DNA of 64,000 nt from Octopus bimaculoides (GCF_001194135.2 NC_069005.1:34840028-34904027); one strand, 5' to 3'. Shown: positions 13,403 through 26,444, counted from the stretch's first letter. The notes: generated from the sequence alone by a model not told the origin. Translations and numbers: made by a program.

Positions 13403-13454
13403 GGAGGCGCAATGGCCCAGTGATTAGGACGGTGGACTCGCGGTCAGAGGATCT
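13403..13454 (+). mobile_element. Truncated tRNA-like SINE head
   Basis: ggaggcgcaatggcccagtgattaggacggtggactcgcggtc has an A-box-like segment and breaks off before the B box. Confidence 0.45.
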
Positions 13455-14059
13455 AAATATACACATGTGGATGTTTATGTAGAAACATGAATACGTTTGT
13501 TGGTTTTTGGTTTAAGTTGTTTACAAACCCTCTGGCCACTAACACTGCTCCCTCCACCTCCAAGCATATCTAATACAAATCAATTACCCTCCCCTTCTTT
13601 GTCATTATTAGTCACTCCCTCTCCTAATCAGACCATCTCGTCTCATGGTTTCTTTATCTTTCTATATTTCTCTTCGCCCTCCACCACCTGTTTCCACACC
13701 CTCATCAGCACCGCCAACCACCCCTTCAGCTCACCCTCATAACCATCCCATTCACATACAACAACCATTACATCACCATTTACAAGGCATCACCACCACC
13801 ACCACCAACAACAACAACAAAAACAGCAAAGGCAGCAACAAAGGGATGAGACAAAGGCCAAGAGAAGAATTTGACAGTCAACAGTTTGACCGATCAAATA
13901 TTTATGAAATGTGTGTGTACGTACGTCGTAATCACACAGATACACATACACGCACACATATATACACACACATACATACATGCTGAGAGTAAAAAAGTTA
14001 CTGGAGTACCAGTAACAAGCTTTAAAACATCTTTTAATCAAACATTTCAAATATGAAGA

Positions 14060-14690
14060 GATTTTCTTTCTTCGGGACCGCATGGAGAGCATTCTTGTCT
14101 TCGTAGCAGAAACTTGGACGATGAAAAAGAAGCTTCAAATTCGCCCGTTTCCTCAAGGGAGCTGAAAATATTGTATGGTGTGAAAGCAAGACCAACGAGG
14201 AGAACAGATTTATGGACATAGCCAACCCATTTCTTTCATTATTGGCAATGAACACAGGTTAGGTTTTGCTGCCCTCACCTATCGTGCTAGAGAATAGTTC
14301 ATATTAGTTATGTTTTGGAGCCTACAGTAGGCTAACTGAAGACGAAGAGCCCCTCATTCACACAGATACACAACCGAAATGGAAGATCTGCTAAAGTTAT
14401 GGGGAGAGTAGGAATCTCGAGGAAGGCATTTCAATGGCACCGCTTCAAGAGGGATATATTTCTCCATTTGTCTTCGTCGTAGAAATGATGTTGATGTATT
14501 GAGAGGTGAAAGAAGCAACTTAGAAGGAACGATAACCAAAAGACTCGGCGATTTCCGTTCGTACTTCTACAGATGGCATCATTGTTTATAGTGGAATGGA
14601 GGAGAGATGCAAAACATGGATCTCCTGGATCTGCTTGGATCAGATATTCCAAATTTGATGACGCAAAACCGAAATGAAAACGTGTACCCC
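14060..14690 (+). mobile_element. Decayed RTE-clade LINE C-terminal fragments (probably two)
   Basis: MESILVFVAETWTMKKKL; WCESKTNEE; YGHSQPISFII..HRLGFAA; NDVDVLRG...TITKRL. All are frame-shifted. Confidence 0.6.
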
Positions 14691-15224
14691 GCACCCCCAC
14701 CACAAACACCAACCCACTTTCCCGATCATCTTCCTTAGACGGCGCTGTACAGACACTATACGTTGAAGTATTGTTTATCAAACTCCCTCATTTGAAAATC
14801 ATATCTTGGAAAAGTTAGATACAGTTTCAAATCTCATGCAAGCTAAGAAGTAATTTATTTCTTTGTTTCGCATTGAAATTTATTTAAAATTTAAAATTAT
14901 AAATCAGATTTTTCATTCAGATTAGGTTTGAATTATTTATATGCATACATTAATACATGTATGTATGTATGTATGCATGCATGCATGTATGTATGTATGT
15001 ATGTTTGTGTGTATGTATGTTTGTGTGTATGTATGTATGTATGTATGTACATCTGCTTTCAAATGACCTCGATCAGTCGATCAATTCTGCAAGTCTTTGA
15101 CAAAAAAGATGTGTTCTAATTTTTAAAGTGCAGTGGCAAATGTAGTACTTGGTTGGTTCTTTTTGATCCTTACATAATAATAATAATAATGTCGAGCAGA
15201 ATTCCCTTGATCAGGCATGCTTGG

Positions 15225-15261
<37 letters not shown>

Positions 15262-16712
15262 GTGTCTACGTCTCTTTAAGCAGGTCCACTCCCGAGCTCT
15301 CCGCCTTCGTATTCACTGACGTAACGTCTTAATCGGATACAAACTAAAACCTAATTCATTGGATGGGTTAACACTGGATTAATTAACTCGAACCTGTAGC
15401 ATGACTATATATATATGTGCACACACACAATTGCGTGTGTGAGTATATATGTATCTATATCTATGCACACACGCGTGCGCACGCATGTCAGGATATTGGC
15501 CAGCTTATTCAAGTAAACAGTTAAGACGAAACACGTGTGTGAAAGAGAACAAATGATAGGTCAGTGCTTGGTTTTTAGCGTCGTCTCAGGGAATCACAGA
15601 AAACGGAGTGGAATTCGACAGGAAATATTCTCTGACGAATTCTGATGTCAACGAAACTAGATGAGTTATGTTTTTGTCGTTATTTAATAAATATATACAC
15701 CCTATTTATGTATTGAGTTCTTTGACTTAAAATATCTATCTATCTTTCTATCCTCTGTCAGTTCATCCGTCCATCTATCTTATCTACACACACACACACA
15801 CACACAATTTGCAGAGGTAACCGGCGTTATCATGACGTCGAATATGTGACTTATTACAAGTTTCTTTTTTTTGTATTTAATTATGTTTGTACTTATGGTT
15901 TTTTTTTTATTGCCATATAATACAGTTGGATGTTGAATGTTTTCCACGGTTTCCCGATGTCAGAAGCTTTTAAGAATGTGTCTCTTTGATAATTTAAATT
16001 CTGTGACTTCCGAACATAATTTGTTTTACTTTATACATTTTCTTCTAATTCTAAATTGATGAACGACACAAAACAGAACTGTGACTTATTTAGCAAGAGG
16101 AGTGGGGTGGTGGCGGTTCAAGTTGTGTGGTTTGGTGGTCAGATTAAAAGATGCCTGTTTTCCCATCACCCGAGAAGACAACATAGAGCGAACTATGAGA
16201 GGAACTTGGTCCGGTTAATTCAATTCTAGGAACCCCGACGGACTGTCTTTGGGATTGGTTGATGATCAATGAAAAAGACAATGACACTGGGTACTATAAA
16301 CGTTTTCGAAATGAAATAGCAAATCTGATTGGATGAAAGTGTGTGTGTGTGTGTGTGTGGAATAAATACTATCTTGTCCTTTGGCAAAGCCAATCTTTAT
16401 CGGTGCTTCGATTACATATTTCAGAGTATATAAATATATCTAAGGGCATATATAATTTACAGTATTTAAAGATATAAAAGAAAATAGTTATTTGGTAATA
16501 AATGGTGTTAAAACAAAAGCTACGAAGCAACCTTGAAGTCGAGTGTTGCACCGAAAATAGTTCGAGGGTGTGAAAAATAAATAATGCACTTCATCAATTA
16601 ATTAGAAAAATGTATAATAAATAAACGATAATTAGTTAATGGATGATTATACAGACTCGCTGATGTAGAATACAATTTATTTAGTGAATGCATAATCAAT
16701 AACATATATATA

Positions 16713-16761
<49 letters not shown>

Positions 16762-17443
16762 GTGTGTGTGTGTGANNNNNNNNNNNNNNNNNNNNNNNNN
16801 NNNNNNNNNNNNNNNNNNNNNNNNNNNNNNNNNNNNNNNNNNNNNNNNNNNNNNNNNNNNNNNNNNNNNNNNNNNNNGATAAACTGGTATAAAATGTACA
16901 ATATATGTGTGTGTGTGTACATACTAAGCATAATACATGAATAAGTAAATACAGATATGCAAATATATTCACATGTGTATACATGCAAATCAGTACACGC
17001 ATACAACTGCACACACACACACACACACACACACATAAAAATGCACAGATGAAAATAAACACAAGCATATAAACATGCACACACACGGCGTTGAATTGCG
17101 TGGACCAAATCACAGAAGAGTCCTCAATACATGTTATACAGTAGATAATGAATTTACATTTCAGGACTCGTGTTTTACGCCACTACAATCTTCACCTGAG
17201 GACGGTTCCAACTAGCAACTGTCCTCGTCTAAGGATGGGAGCGGCGTGAAGCTCGTGTTACGAGAGAAAAATTCAGTTTCCATATATATATNNNNNNNNN
17301 NNNNNNNNNNNNNNNNNNNNNNNNNNNNNNNNNNNNNNNNNNNNNNNNNNNNNNNNNNNNNNNNNNNNNNNNNNNNNNNNNNNNNNNNNNNNNNNNNNNN
17401 NNNNNNNNNNNNNNNNNNNNNNNNNNNNNNNNNNNNNNNNNNN

Positions 17444-17486
<43 letters not shown>

Positions 17487-17519
17487 GTATGTATATATGT
17501 ACGTACGTGTGTGTGTATT

Positions 17520-17830
17520 ACAGGCTCTCGTGTAGCTGCACAGCCCATCCTTTTGGCGCCTCCTTTACTCCCTATATTCTCTGACTCTATCACGATGATT
17601 TCTCTCCCTCTATCATACAAAAGCTGATCTGGCATGTGGTTCACTCCTGGTAGGTTTCTGTCATTGAGAATGTGCCCAGCCTCTTCCAATTCCATTCAAA
17701 TTCTTTGTTGTTGTCCAAAATGTTGGTGTCTCGATTGAGTTTCGTTTCAAAATCCTTTGCAACACTCAATCCATCTTTCGACAATAGCAGCCTCGCCTGT
17801 GAAGATAAAAACCTTTTTGCCCTCAACAAC
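17520..17830 (-). mobile_element. Decayed RTE-like LINE C-terminal fragment
   Basis: EAGHILNDRN...MPDQLLYDRG...GSKGGAKR resembles the RTE 'WAGHIxRM..RMPKQLLY..G.R..GG.KKR' motif. Confidence 0.5.
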
Positions 17831-17899
17831 AGTCGCGATTGGTCGTTTTTTCTTATTTGTTAGCTCTTTTTTGGTCCTAAAACGTGACCTGTACCTAAT

Positions 17900-18660
17900 A
17901 GTTATATTCGTTACCAAACCAGATCAACTTCGTCCTCGCATCCCAAATATTCGGAGCCTGTAGACCAGGACTCTCCCTGGGGTTGATATGGACTAGAATC
18001 ACGACATAGCATAACTCAATGCTCAAACCGATCAAGTTCAAACCGATGAAGCTCTTTAAGTTAAGAACTCCACGTATAAGATTCGATGTGGACAAATTGA
18101 AAGAGCCAGGCTAGTCTTTTAAATCGACGTGAGCGGCAGGTTTGTTGCTCTCACCTTACTACAAGCATATATCTTAACTCTCATTAATGAGCTATCGAAG
18201 GACTGACGAAAAGAAAGGGAGAATTCATAGGATATTGATGTTATCCTGAGCCTATGTGATTGAAGACGAGACCTAAAGAAGCTCAAGATATCAAATCTTA
18301 AAGCAACTGAGTAATGCAACGATGTGACTGAGAAAAAAAATCATGGAGTAAATGAAGAAAGTCAAAAAGTGGAATAATAGATCTGTTTGATAAGAGTGAG
18401 TCTGAGATAAAGAATGAAAATTAACGATGTTAATTTTGAAAACACTAAAAATGTTAAGAAGAACGAAGCTACCGACTGGAGAGATCTGCTGACAGTAAAT
18501 AACTGCTTTGTCTTAATCTGTCGTCTGCTGCATTTCAATACGACCGACAAATCAAGATGTCTTGTATATGTTGTTGATGTCATGCTTACAAGTTGCAAAA
18601 AGAGCTTATCTACTGATAGTGCCATTTATGGAACATTTTGGCGTAAATAAAATAGAAACC
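17900..18660 (+). mobile_element. Decayed RTE-clade LINE, endonuclease end and linker
   Basis: NQINFVL, TRTLPGVDMD*NHD (APE 'TRTxPGADxxSDH'), PRIRFDVDKLKEPG, GRFVAL, ILSLCD*RRDLKKLK. Confidence 0.7.
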
Positions 18661-19720
18661 GAAGCCAGACGGTTTACTCAGCCCTCTCAGGATGGAAATA
18701 AAGTCAAGTGAGTATAGTTTGTCCACGAAAAGGTAGTTAAAAATGGCTGCAACACATGAAATTACTTAAGTAGGCGGACAAAGGTTAGGTTAAGTTGATA
18801 TTTAACCCGTTAAACGCGAGGCGAAATCCATGTTTAATAGAGTTTCAGAGGAACCGATATGGTGGAAAATATCATTGAAATTTTCATCAGGCGACCAATT
18901 TAAGATGGCGGAAAGAAAGTAAGTTAAATATGGGAGAAATCTTAATCAAATGTGTCAGACATGATTGAATAAATAAGGTGTAAAGAGGTCAGTTATATGT
19001 GGGGGGACAAAGGTGTGTTGGTGACTGTGAACATAATAGAGTTAAATGGGGTAGAGTAAAATTATCTAAAGATGGAGGTGTTAAATAGTCCAAGAAAAAA
19101 AGGTCAGTTGTATGTAATATAAAGCCGTGTTAAATATGGCCAGTGACGAGAGAGGAGTTAAAGATGGAAGAGATATCAGATTTAAGTAGATTAGAGAAAA
19201 GGTCAGTGATTAAACAAGATTTCTGGGAGGATATTATTATATTAGAGACTTGAACTGATTTATAAAGGTTGAGTTGACAGTTTTTCAGGAAGAAAGGGAA
19301 GTAATGGGTGTCATCAACACAGTTTGGAATGAAGTTTAAATATCGCACGCACACACACGCACACAAGATGTAGGTAACCTTACAACTCCCCGAGTAACAC
19401 ATATACATATATACGTACATATGTGTGTGTGTGTGTATATATATCATACACACACATATCCACATATAGACACTCACACAACACACGTATATAAACACAT
19501 ATGTATGTAGATTTGATGGTTAAAACGGAATAGAACGCAACGCATAAAGTAGAGGAAATATAATTCTTTCTTTATTAATTGTGGAGTTACATAAGTGATG
19601 CGGAGGTTTAGTTTCGTGTCAGGAATTGCCTTGCGTAAAAATTCAGACCCTTGTAGCACTCATGTAGCTTTTACAGCTACTAACAAACGCGCGCGCGCAC
19701 GCACGCACGCACGCACGCAC

Positions 19721-19822
19721 GCGAGCTGGCAGAAACGTTAGCACACCGGGCGAAATGCTTAACGGTATTTCGTCTGTCTTTACGTTCTGAGTTCAAATTC
19801 CGCCGAGGTCGACTTTGCTTTC
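19721..19822 (+). mobile_element. SINE family A 5' half
   Basis: gcgagctggcagaaacgttagcacaccgg...gttctgagttcaaattccgccgaggtcgactttgc. Confidence 0.85.
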
Positions 19823-19916
19823 TATTTTGCTCAAGAACACAACGCACTGCTGGGTGTCGATCTCACGACCTTACGATCGTGAGCCGAATATGCTAACCAC
19901 TAAGCCACGCGCCTTC
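19823..19916 (-). mobile_element. 5' part of a second tRNA-derived SINE (Meta-domain-like)
   Basis: Minus strand reads gaaggcgcgtggcttagtggttagc...gtgagatcgacaccc...gcgttgtgttcttgagcaaaa (A box, B-box-like, start of a GTGTYCTTGAGCAA domain). Confidence 0.7.
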
Positions 19917-21397
19917 GCAATTATATATATATATGTGTGCCAGACTATATACACGCCTGTATGTGCCTATATATCCTACCGACTATATATACGTTTGTGT
20001 GTGTGTGTGTGTGTGTGTGTATACACTCGTAACTACCTGAAACAGGAAGTGTCTAACAAGCGTCTCGATATAGAAACATCTAATTAATACCCCTACCCCA
20101 TTAAAGTCTGGGAAGAGGGCCTAAATAGCATAGCCCTACCTTGGCGGGTGGTGGGAAGAAGGAAAGGGTATAATTACAGACCCAAAGGGGTCTTGGGGTC
20201 AGTTAGGTGACAGCTATTGTACACAACCGTTACATAAATAGGTGACCCCTATTACATGAAGCAAGGGTTAGCATAATTACAGATGGAGAAAGGAGAAGGG
20301 GTCGCTTAGGTGAGATTTAAGGAGTTTATTTTAGGTACTGTCGGACAGATATTACATAAGAGACCCCCAACCACACACAGTAAGGGTTACCATGACTACA
20401 ATTGTATAAAGGTGTAGGGATGAGTTATATAAGGGGTATATTTAGGTACATAAGGAGTATATATATATTCAGATGTACAGAAGTGGGGTGGGGTTACTCT
20501 CTTAGCCTTTTCCAAATACTCAATAAATTTCCCCGCAAGACAGCAGAGATTTATTATTCTTATTACTCTCGGGGTCTGCCTGGTTTTGTGCAGGGCCAGT
20601 CCCACTCTCTCATCCTTCAGTCAACGAGTATGCATCATCTACGGCACCAATCAGCCAGTACTCGTTTGAGAGTATATCTGCAGCATATCTATTTGGAACC
20701 GTCAAGAGTATCGGTGACAAAGAGTATAAACCGGTCGCGATCTGTTATTGAGGAGCAGTGAACGGCATGAGTATACATTGAGGGGAGCTGGGAGTACTGT
20801 GTAGCGTCAAGGCGATTCAACCGAGTATCTCTGACAGTGATTCACGTCGATGAGTAGCATCATCATCATCGTCACAAGCCAAGGTAGAGAGTAATGAGAA
20901 TAGAGAGGCTGTAAAGAGACGTGTTACCACCAGGATGTGGGAGCGGGAGGAGGATTGGTAATTGTTACGATGATGGTAGTATGTGTGGTGGTGGTGGTAG
21001 TGAGGGGGGGGGGTAGTGGTGAGGTTTGTTACTTAAATAACTCAGAATGTTAAGTAGCTTAGTAGCAGTAGTAGTAGCAGCAGGAGTGTATGGTGGTAGT
21101 AGTGCTATTGTTAGTGGTTGCAGTCGTAGTAGTAGTGTTAGCAGTATCTGAGTACTCTTGTAATCTATTAAGAGAAGGCGGGGCAGCGCCCATCTCTCTT
21201 AATACTGATCTAATTCCGATGTAGGTGAAACTTCCGTCGACCAACATCTCAAAGAACAACTTGAGGGTTACCTCTGTTAAGAAGGGCATTAGGGGCAGCC
21301 CTGATCCCCCACGTTTATAATTAAAGGATTTCCAACCGTGACCATACCGTTTTGCTTTCATGAATCGTGCATCTAAGAGTACACTATTCAATGTGTT

Positions 21398-21631
21398 GGC
21401 GGCGAGCTGGCAGAATCGGTAGCGCGCCGGGCGAAATGCTTTGCGGTATTTCGTCTGCCGCTACGTTCTGAGTTCAAATTCCGCCGAGGTCGACTTTGCC
21501 TTTCATCCTTTCAAGGTCGATAAATTAAGTACCAGTTACGCATTGGGGTCGATGTAATCGACTTAATCCCTTTGTCTGTCCTTGTCTGTCGCTTCTGTGT
21601 GTGTAGCCCCCTGGTGGGCAGTGAAGAAATG
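21398..21631 (+). mobile_element. SINE family A, near full length, alternative 3' tail
   Basis: ggcggcgagctggcagaatcggtagc...gagttcaaattccgccgaggtcgac...ggggtcgatgtaatcgactt, with tail ...gtagccccctggtgggcagtgaagaaat. Confidence 0.9.
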
Positions 21632-21864
21632 ATTATTCAGTGTGTAGTTCTAAGGACTATTTTTCATTTGCCTTCGACCGAAGAACACGGCAAGAGCCAT
21701 TTGCGTGGTCCGCGGGTGCTGCATACAGAAGTGTTATACACGGTGGTTGCGGGTGTCATGTGTGGGGAGGGTGGTGGTGTCAACAAATTTGGTCCCCCCA
21801 CTCCCTCAATAAAGGGGGTGGGGGACAGCAAATAAGGGTTTGTGCGTGTATATANNNNNNNNNN

Positions 21865-21907
<43 letters not shown>

Positions 21908-23301
21908 TGTGTGTACATACATAACACAAACAAATCCACATATACATAGATACTTGATCTGAAACATAGCAACACTTCTTGAATGTATGTGCTACAGCTG
22001 GGTCTTTATCAGTCAATAAAACGTGAAAGTTGACAGATTAAGAGAGATCAACCTTGGATTACATGGGATTAGCGGCCAGCAAACCGGATTCAATTATTGC
22101 TACACACACACACACACACACACACATATATGCACGTGTATGTGTGTTTGCGCGCGCGCGTATGTTTGCATGTGTGTGTGTGTATGTGCATATGTGTATG
22201 TGCATATGTGTGTCTGTTTGTGTTTGTGTGTGAACGAGAATCGGCTGCAATTATATATGAGTGCAAGCCATGTATATAGGTGTGTGTGTGTGAGTGTATG
22301 TAGGTTACTTCTGTGGAGTCTGTGTGTTAGGGCCGGGTGCTCTTCAACAGCCATTATTTGATCTGAACCCCCCCCCCCCTGCAGCTTCTATGGATTACAT
22401 CGAAAGAGATGCTTTGGTACAGAATCAGTTAGAACGATGCCACTTCTTCACTTCCCTAGTATAGGACAACGCCCCTTATTGTTGCAGGAATTCAGTGAAT
22501 TAAGGGTCACAGGCATTAAATATATTGGGATTAGACAACATCGAAGGAGTCGGTCTTTGCGCCATTCCCCTTCCTGCTGTCCAGACGCCCCCCCCCCCCG
22601 CCAGATGCTCCGATGGCAGAACTGCTCTGAAAACTATAAGTTTCTTCTGTTGATTGCACAGAGATGACGATGATACCACCACCTGGCAGTGTCTACCTTG
22701 ACGCCTTCTCTGAGTTAGGAATATGTGCACAATATGTACACCGTATTCTTAAACAAGTGCGAATTGTGTATATACGCGTGTGTTTAGTTACATCTATCTA
22801 TCTATCAATCTATCTATCTATTGTCTCTCTGTCTGTGTCTCTGCCTGCCTGCCTGCCTAATTGTCTATCTCTCTCTCTTATTTGTTTGTCAATATATACA
22901 CACACGTACAAGTATACATATGTATTACAGATGTATATCCCATAGTTTCCCTTCACTTATTTCTATATTGCTGCCAGACGATACGTTACGGGTCGTGGTC
23001 TATAACTGGTCGGGATGTTACCATCGGTTTCTTGGCGGATCCTTAGACATCGTGGCCCCCTTTTGCACTGGAGTACATACACTCTATGTTCACGTTGAAG
23101 AATTCGGTTACTTTCACTTCTTTATTATTATGCAGTGACAAACAACATTGGTGTGTGTGTGTCGTGGTGATGGTGGTAGTAGTGGTGGTGGTGGTGGTGT
23201 GTGTGTGTGTGTGTGCGTGTGTCTGTATATGAAGTATTAGAATAGCAAAATTATGTGTGTGCGCGTGTATATATGTATATATACATACATCTCTCTCTCT
23301 A

Positions 23302-23332
<31 letters not shown>

Positions 23333-24094
23333 TCAAAATAAACAACAAGGATATCCAGAGGTTATATATATATTCACACATGGACAATATTGTTACTGTA
23401 TTACCAGACTGTACTATATATATTATTATACACACACACACACACATATATAGAGAGATATGCATGTATGTATGTATGTGTGTGTTTGTAGCCTCACAAT
23501 ATTGCTACTGTACAATATTGTTTGTGTATGTTAATAAAACAGCTGAGTTCTGCAGAACACAATTATATAACTTCTAAACAATGTCAGTATTTTGTCTTGG
23601 CCAGCCACTGCAGTGTGCGTGTGTCTGTGTGTGTGTATGTGTGCACGCGCGCGCGCGCTTTTTGTGTACATATATGCATCTATATGTGTGTACGTGTATA
23701 TATATATATTATATGTATTTATGTATGAATGTATATTTGTGTGTGCCTTCTTTATAAAGATCGACCATTGTTAAGGCTGTGATGCCTGTGTTATTTTCTC
23801 TCGCTTCTCCAAGAGTGCTCATGACGTCATAGATATAGTTGAACATTGTGGAGAGACCAAAGACAGGATTCCGTAATTTGGTAAAGAAATAACACAAATG
23901 GTTTAATACACACACACACACACAGAGGTGGTTCGCTACATTTGATTTGAGTCGTAAATTCTTGCAACGTGCGTCCCGAAACACACACGTACACACACAT
24001 GCACACGTACACAAACACACACACACACACACACACTGTGTGATCTGGGGATTGTTATGATGTATATATATATGTGTGTGAGTGTGCGCGCGCG

Positions 24095-24970
24095 CGCAGT
24101 GTTCTTTTATTCTTTTATGCGTTCCAACGCAAACGCTGTGGCTATAATGGGGCAATGCCAGTGTTGTCACCTTTAAATGGCCATTCTTTTTGTAAATGGC
24201 TTCTGGTGAAGGAGGGAGTTTGATTATTGCTGCCGTCTTTTGAGTTCCTTGCCGTGATGCACGTTCATCCGGGACCTTGAACAACAGAAGATCAAGTTGT
24301 TTCTTGAAAACAGCTACCCCCCCTACTCCATGTAGATCTCTCAGATGTTTTGGCAAAACTTTTAAATAGCTATAGACCATTGAATCCCAAATTGCTGCAG
24401 TACCTGGTCCCCACACTGTACGGGTTGGGTGGAACCTTTGCAACACTGCAGTGACGTCCATTTCCGAGGTTTGTATAACTTTCGATATCAAAGTTCGATG
24501 CCAAACCTTCTAAGATCTTCCATATGTACATCACTGCATGTCTCTCTCCTGTCTTCGCTCCAGAGCGTAGAGTCATGACTCTTTCAGCCAGTCCCAGTTG
24601 CTCAGCTGTTCCACTGATGCAATCTTCCGGGTGTACCATTCCTGAACCGCCTCAAGATCCGCTATTAATTTGGCACCGTGGGATGATCACATTTGAGAGC
24701 AGCAGTCCAGATGGTTGAGGACATAATTTCCTGGTTCCTTGTTCTGAAGGTTCTCAGGATCCATCTGGCCATTTGCTTGGACATTACTACCATCTTGGTG
24801 ATATGTATATGAACCGAAGCATCGTTGCTCATACCAATCCCTAGACCAAGCACTGAACTTGACTTTGCGATTGGCGCTCGTTTTGGTCCGAAACATCTTT
24901 GTTGCGGCATCTGAGCGCAAGCTGGCTCATAGCTGAGGGCTTGCAATTTACTTGCATTAAATTGCATGTT
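24095..24970 (-). mobile_element. CR1-type LINE 3' portion (RT C-terminus to 3' tail), decayed
   Basis: MQFNASKLQAL...LGIGMSNDASVHIHI..MARWILRTFRTR; MYIWKILEGLASNFDIESYTN..GRHC; LPKHLRDLHGV..FKKQLDLLLFKVPDE. Tail is (TAAAAGAA)-like. Confidence 0.88.
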
Positions 24971-25531
24971 GTTTTCTTTAGCCCATGGATATATGGCATT
25001 TCTCTCTATCTCTCTCTCTTTCTCTCTCTCTTTTTCACTCGTTTGTATATATAATGTATAACTATAAGCAAAGAAATACGAGGGCGATGTTTAAAGAATT
25101 AGTAAAATACACCGAAACCAGTCAGATTGTTCTCATTTTCTTGGCCACAGAAAGAAACAAATTGAAACAACACAAAAGAAAACGAACAAAATGAACCAAA
25201 TTCTTGCTACTTCTTTATTGTGCGGTTAAATCAAGTAGATTTACTACGTCAGCCCGTTCTGACTTTATCGTAAAACCGCCCTCCTCCACCACTCTCGTAT
25301 ATAATGTTTGTGTTTGTTTGTTCTTATAATATACATAAATGTATATCCGTAGTGCACATATGTAAATATAAATATATACACACACACACACACACAATAA
25401 AAAACTCGACCCCGATATTTTGTCCTTATTTAGACTTTCAATCTCCTCTTCACACACCTATATACACCCACATACACACAAATGAATGTATGCACCCGTA
25501 CATTCCCACCCGCCAATGTACACGAGTGTGC

Positions 25532-25574
<43 letters not shown>

Positions 25575-25857
25575 TGTATGGGTGTACAGAGGTAATCATT
25601 GACCGACCGTGTTACAATAAACTTGACAAAGATAAAAACATATTGACACAAATAATCCGTGTGCGCGCATGCGTATGGTGTGCATATGGATTCATATACG
25701 TGTGCCTATACACATACACGTATTCATATACGTGTGCCTATACACATACACACGCATGTGTGCGTGTGTATGTCCGTGTATTCATGCACATACATTCAAT
25801 AGCTTAGACTGATGGCCACCACTTCAGATTTCCCGAACCACCAATGTGATCTATCTG

Positions 25858-25889
<32 letters not shown>

Positions 25890-26401
25890 GCTAGCTGTTT
25901 ATTTGTTTATCTGTCTGTTTGTCTGTATATATATGTGAGTGTATGTATGTTTTATAGGTGCGTATGTATGTATGTATTGTCTGTGTGAGTCTGCCTCTGT
26001 GCGAGTCTTGGGATGGGTGGAAATGGTTAAAAAAAAAGGAAACCAGGAGTGTTGTTGTTTGTTGTAATGGATTGGTCAATAGAGAGAGAAGGGGGATAGG
26101 GAGGAGTGTGGGAGAAGGAAGATGAATGTAGGATAGGGGGCGAAGAGACAGGAAAAGGGTGAAAGTGAGAGAGAGATCGGGGAAGGGAGACAGTGGCACT
26201 AAATGGTGGGGGCTGTTGAGAAAAAGACGGGAAGAAAAGAAAGGAAGAGAGAGTGGAAGATAGAGAGTGTGAGGAGGAGACGAAGAGAGTTAGAGGAAGA
26301 TTGAAAGAGAATTACCTTGTGTGTGTGCGTTCGTGTGTACGCATGTACGAATCTATTTATATGTGTGTATATGTGTGTATGTGTGTGTGCATGCGTGTGT
26401 T

Positions 26402-26444
<43 letters not shown>

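Noticed and set aside
22960-23130. Possible minus-strand exon (EVKVTEFFNVNIECMYSSAKGGHDV)
   Set aside because: No convincing acceptor, an in-frame stop, and no recognisable domain.
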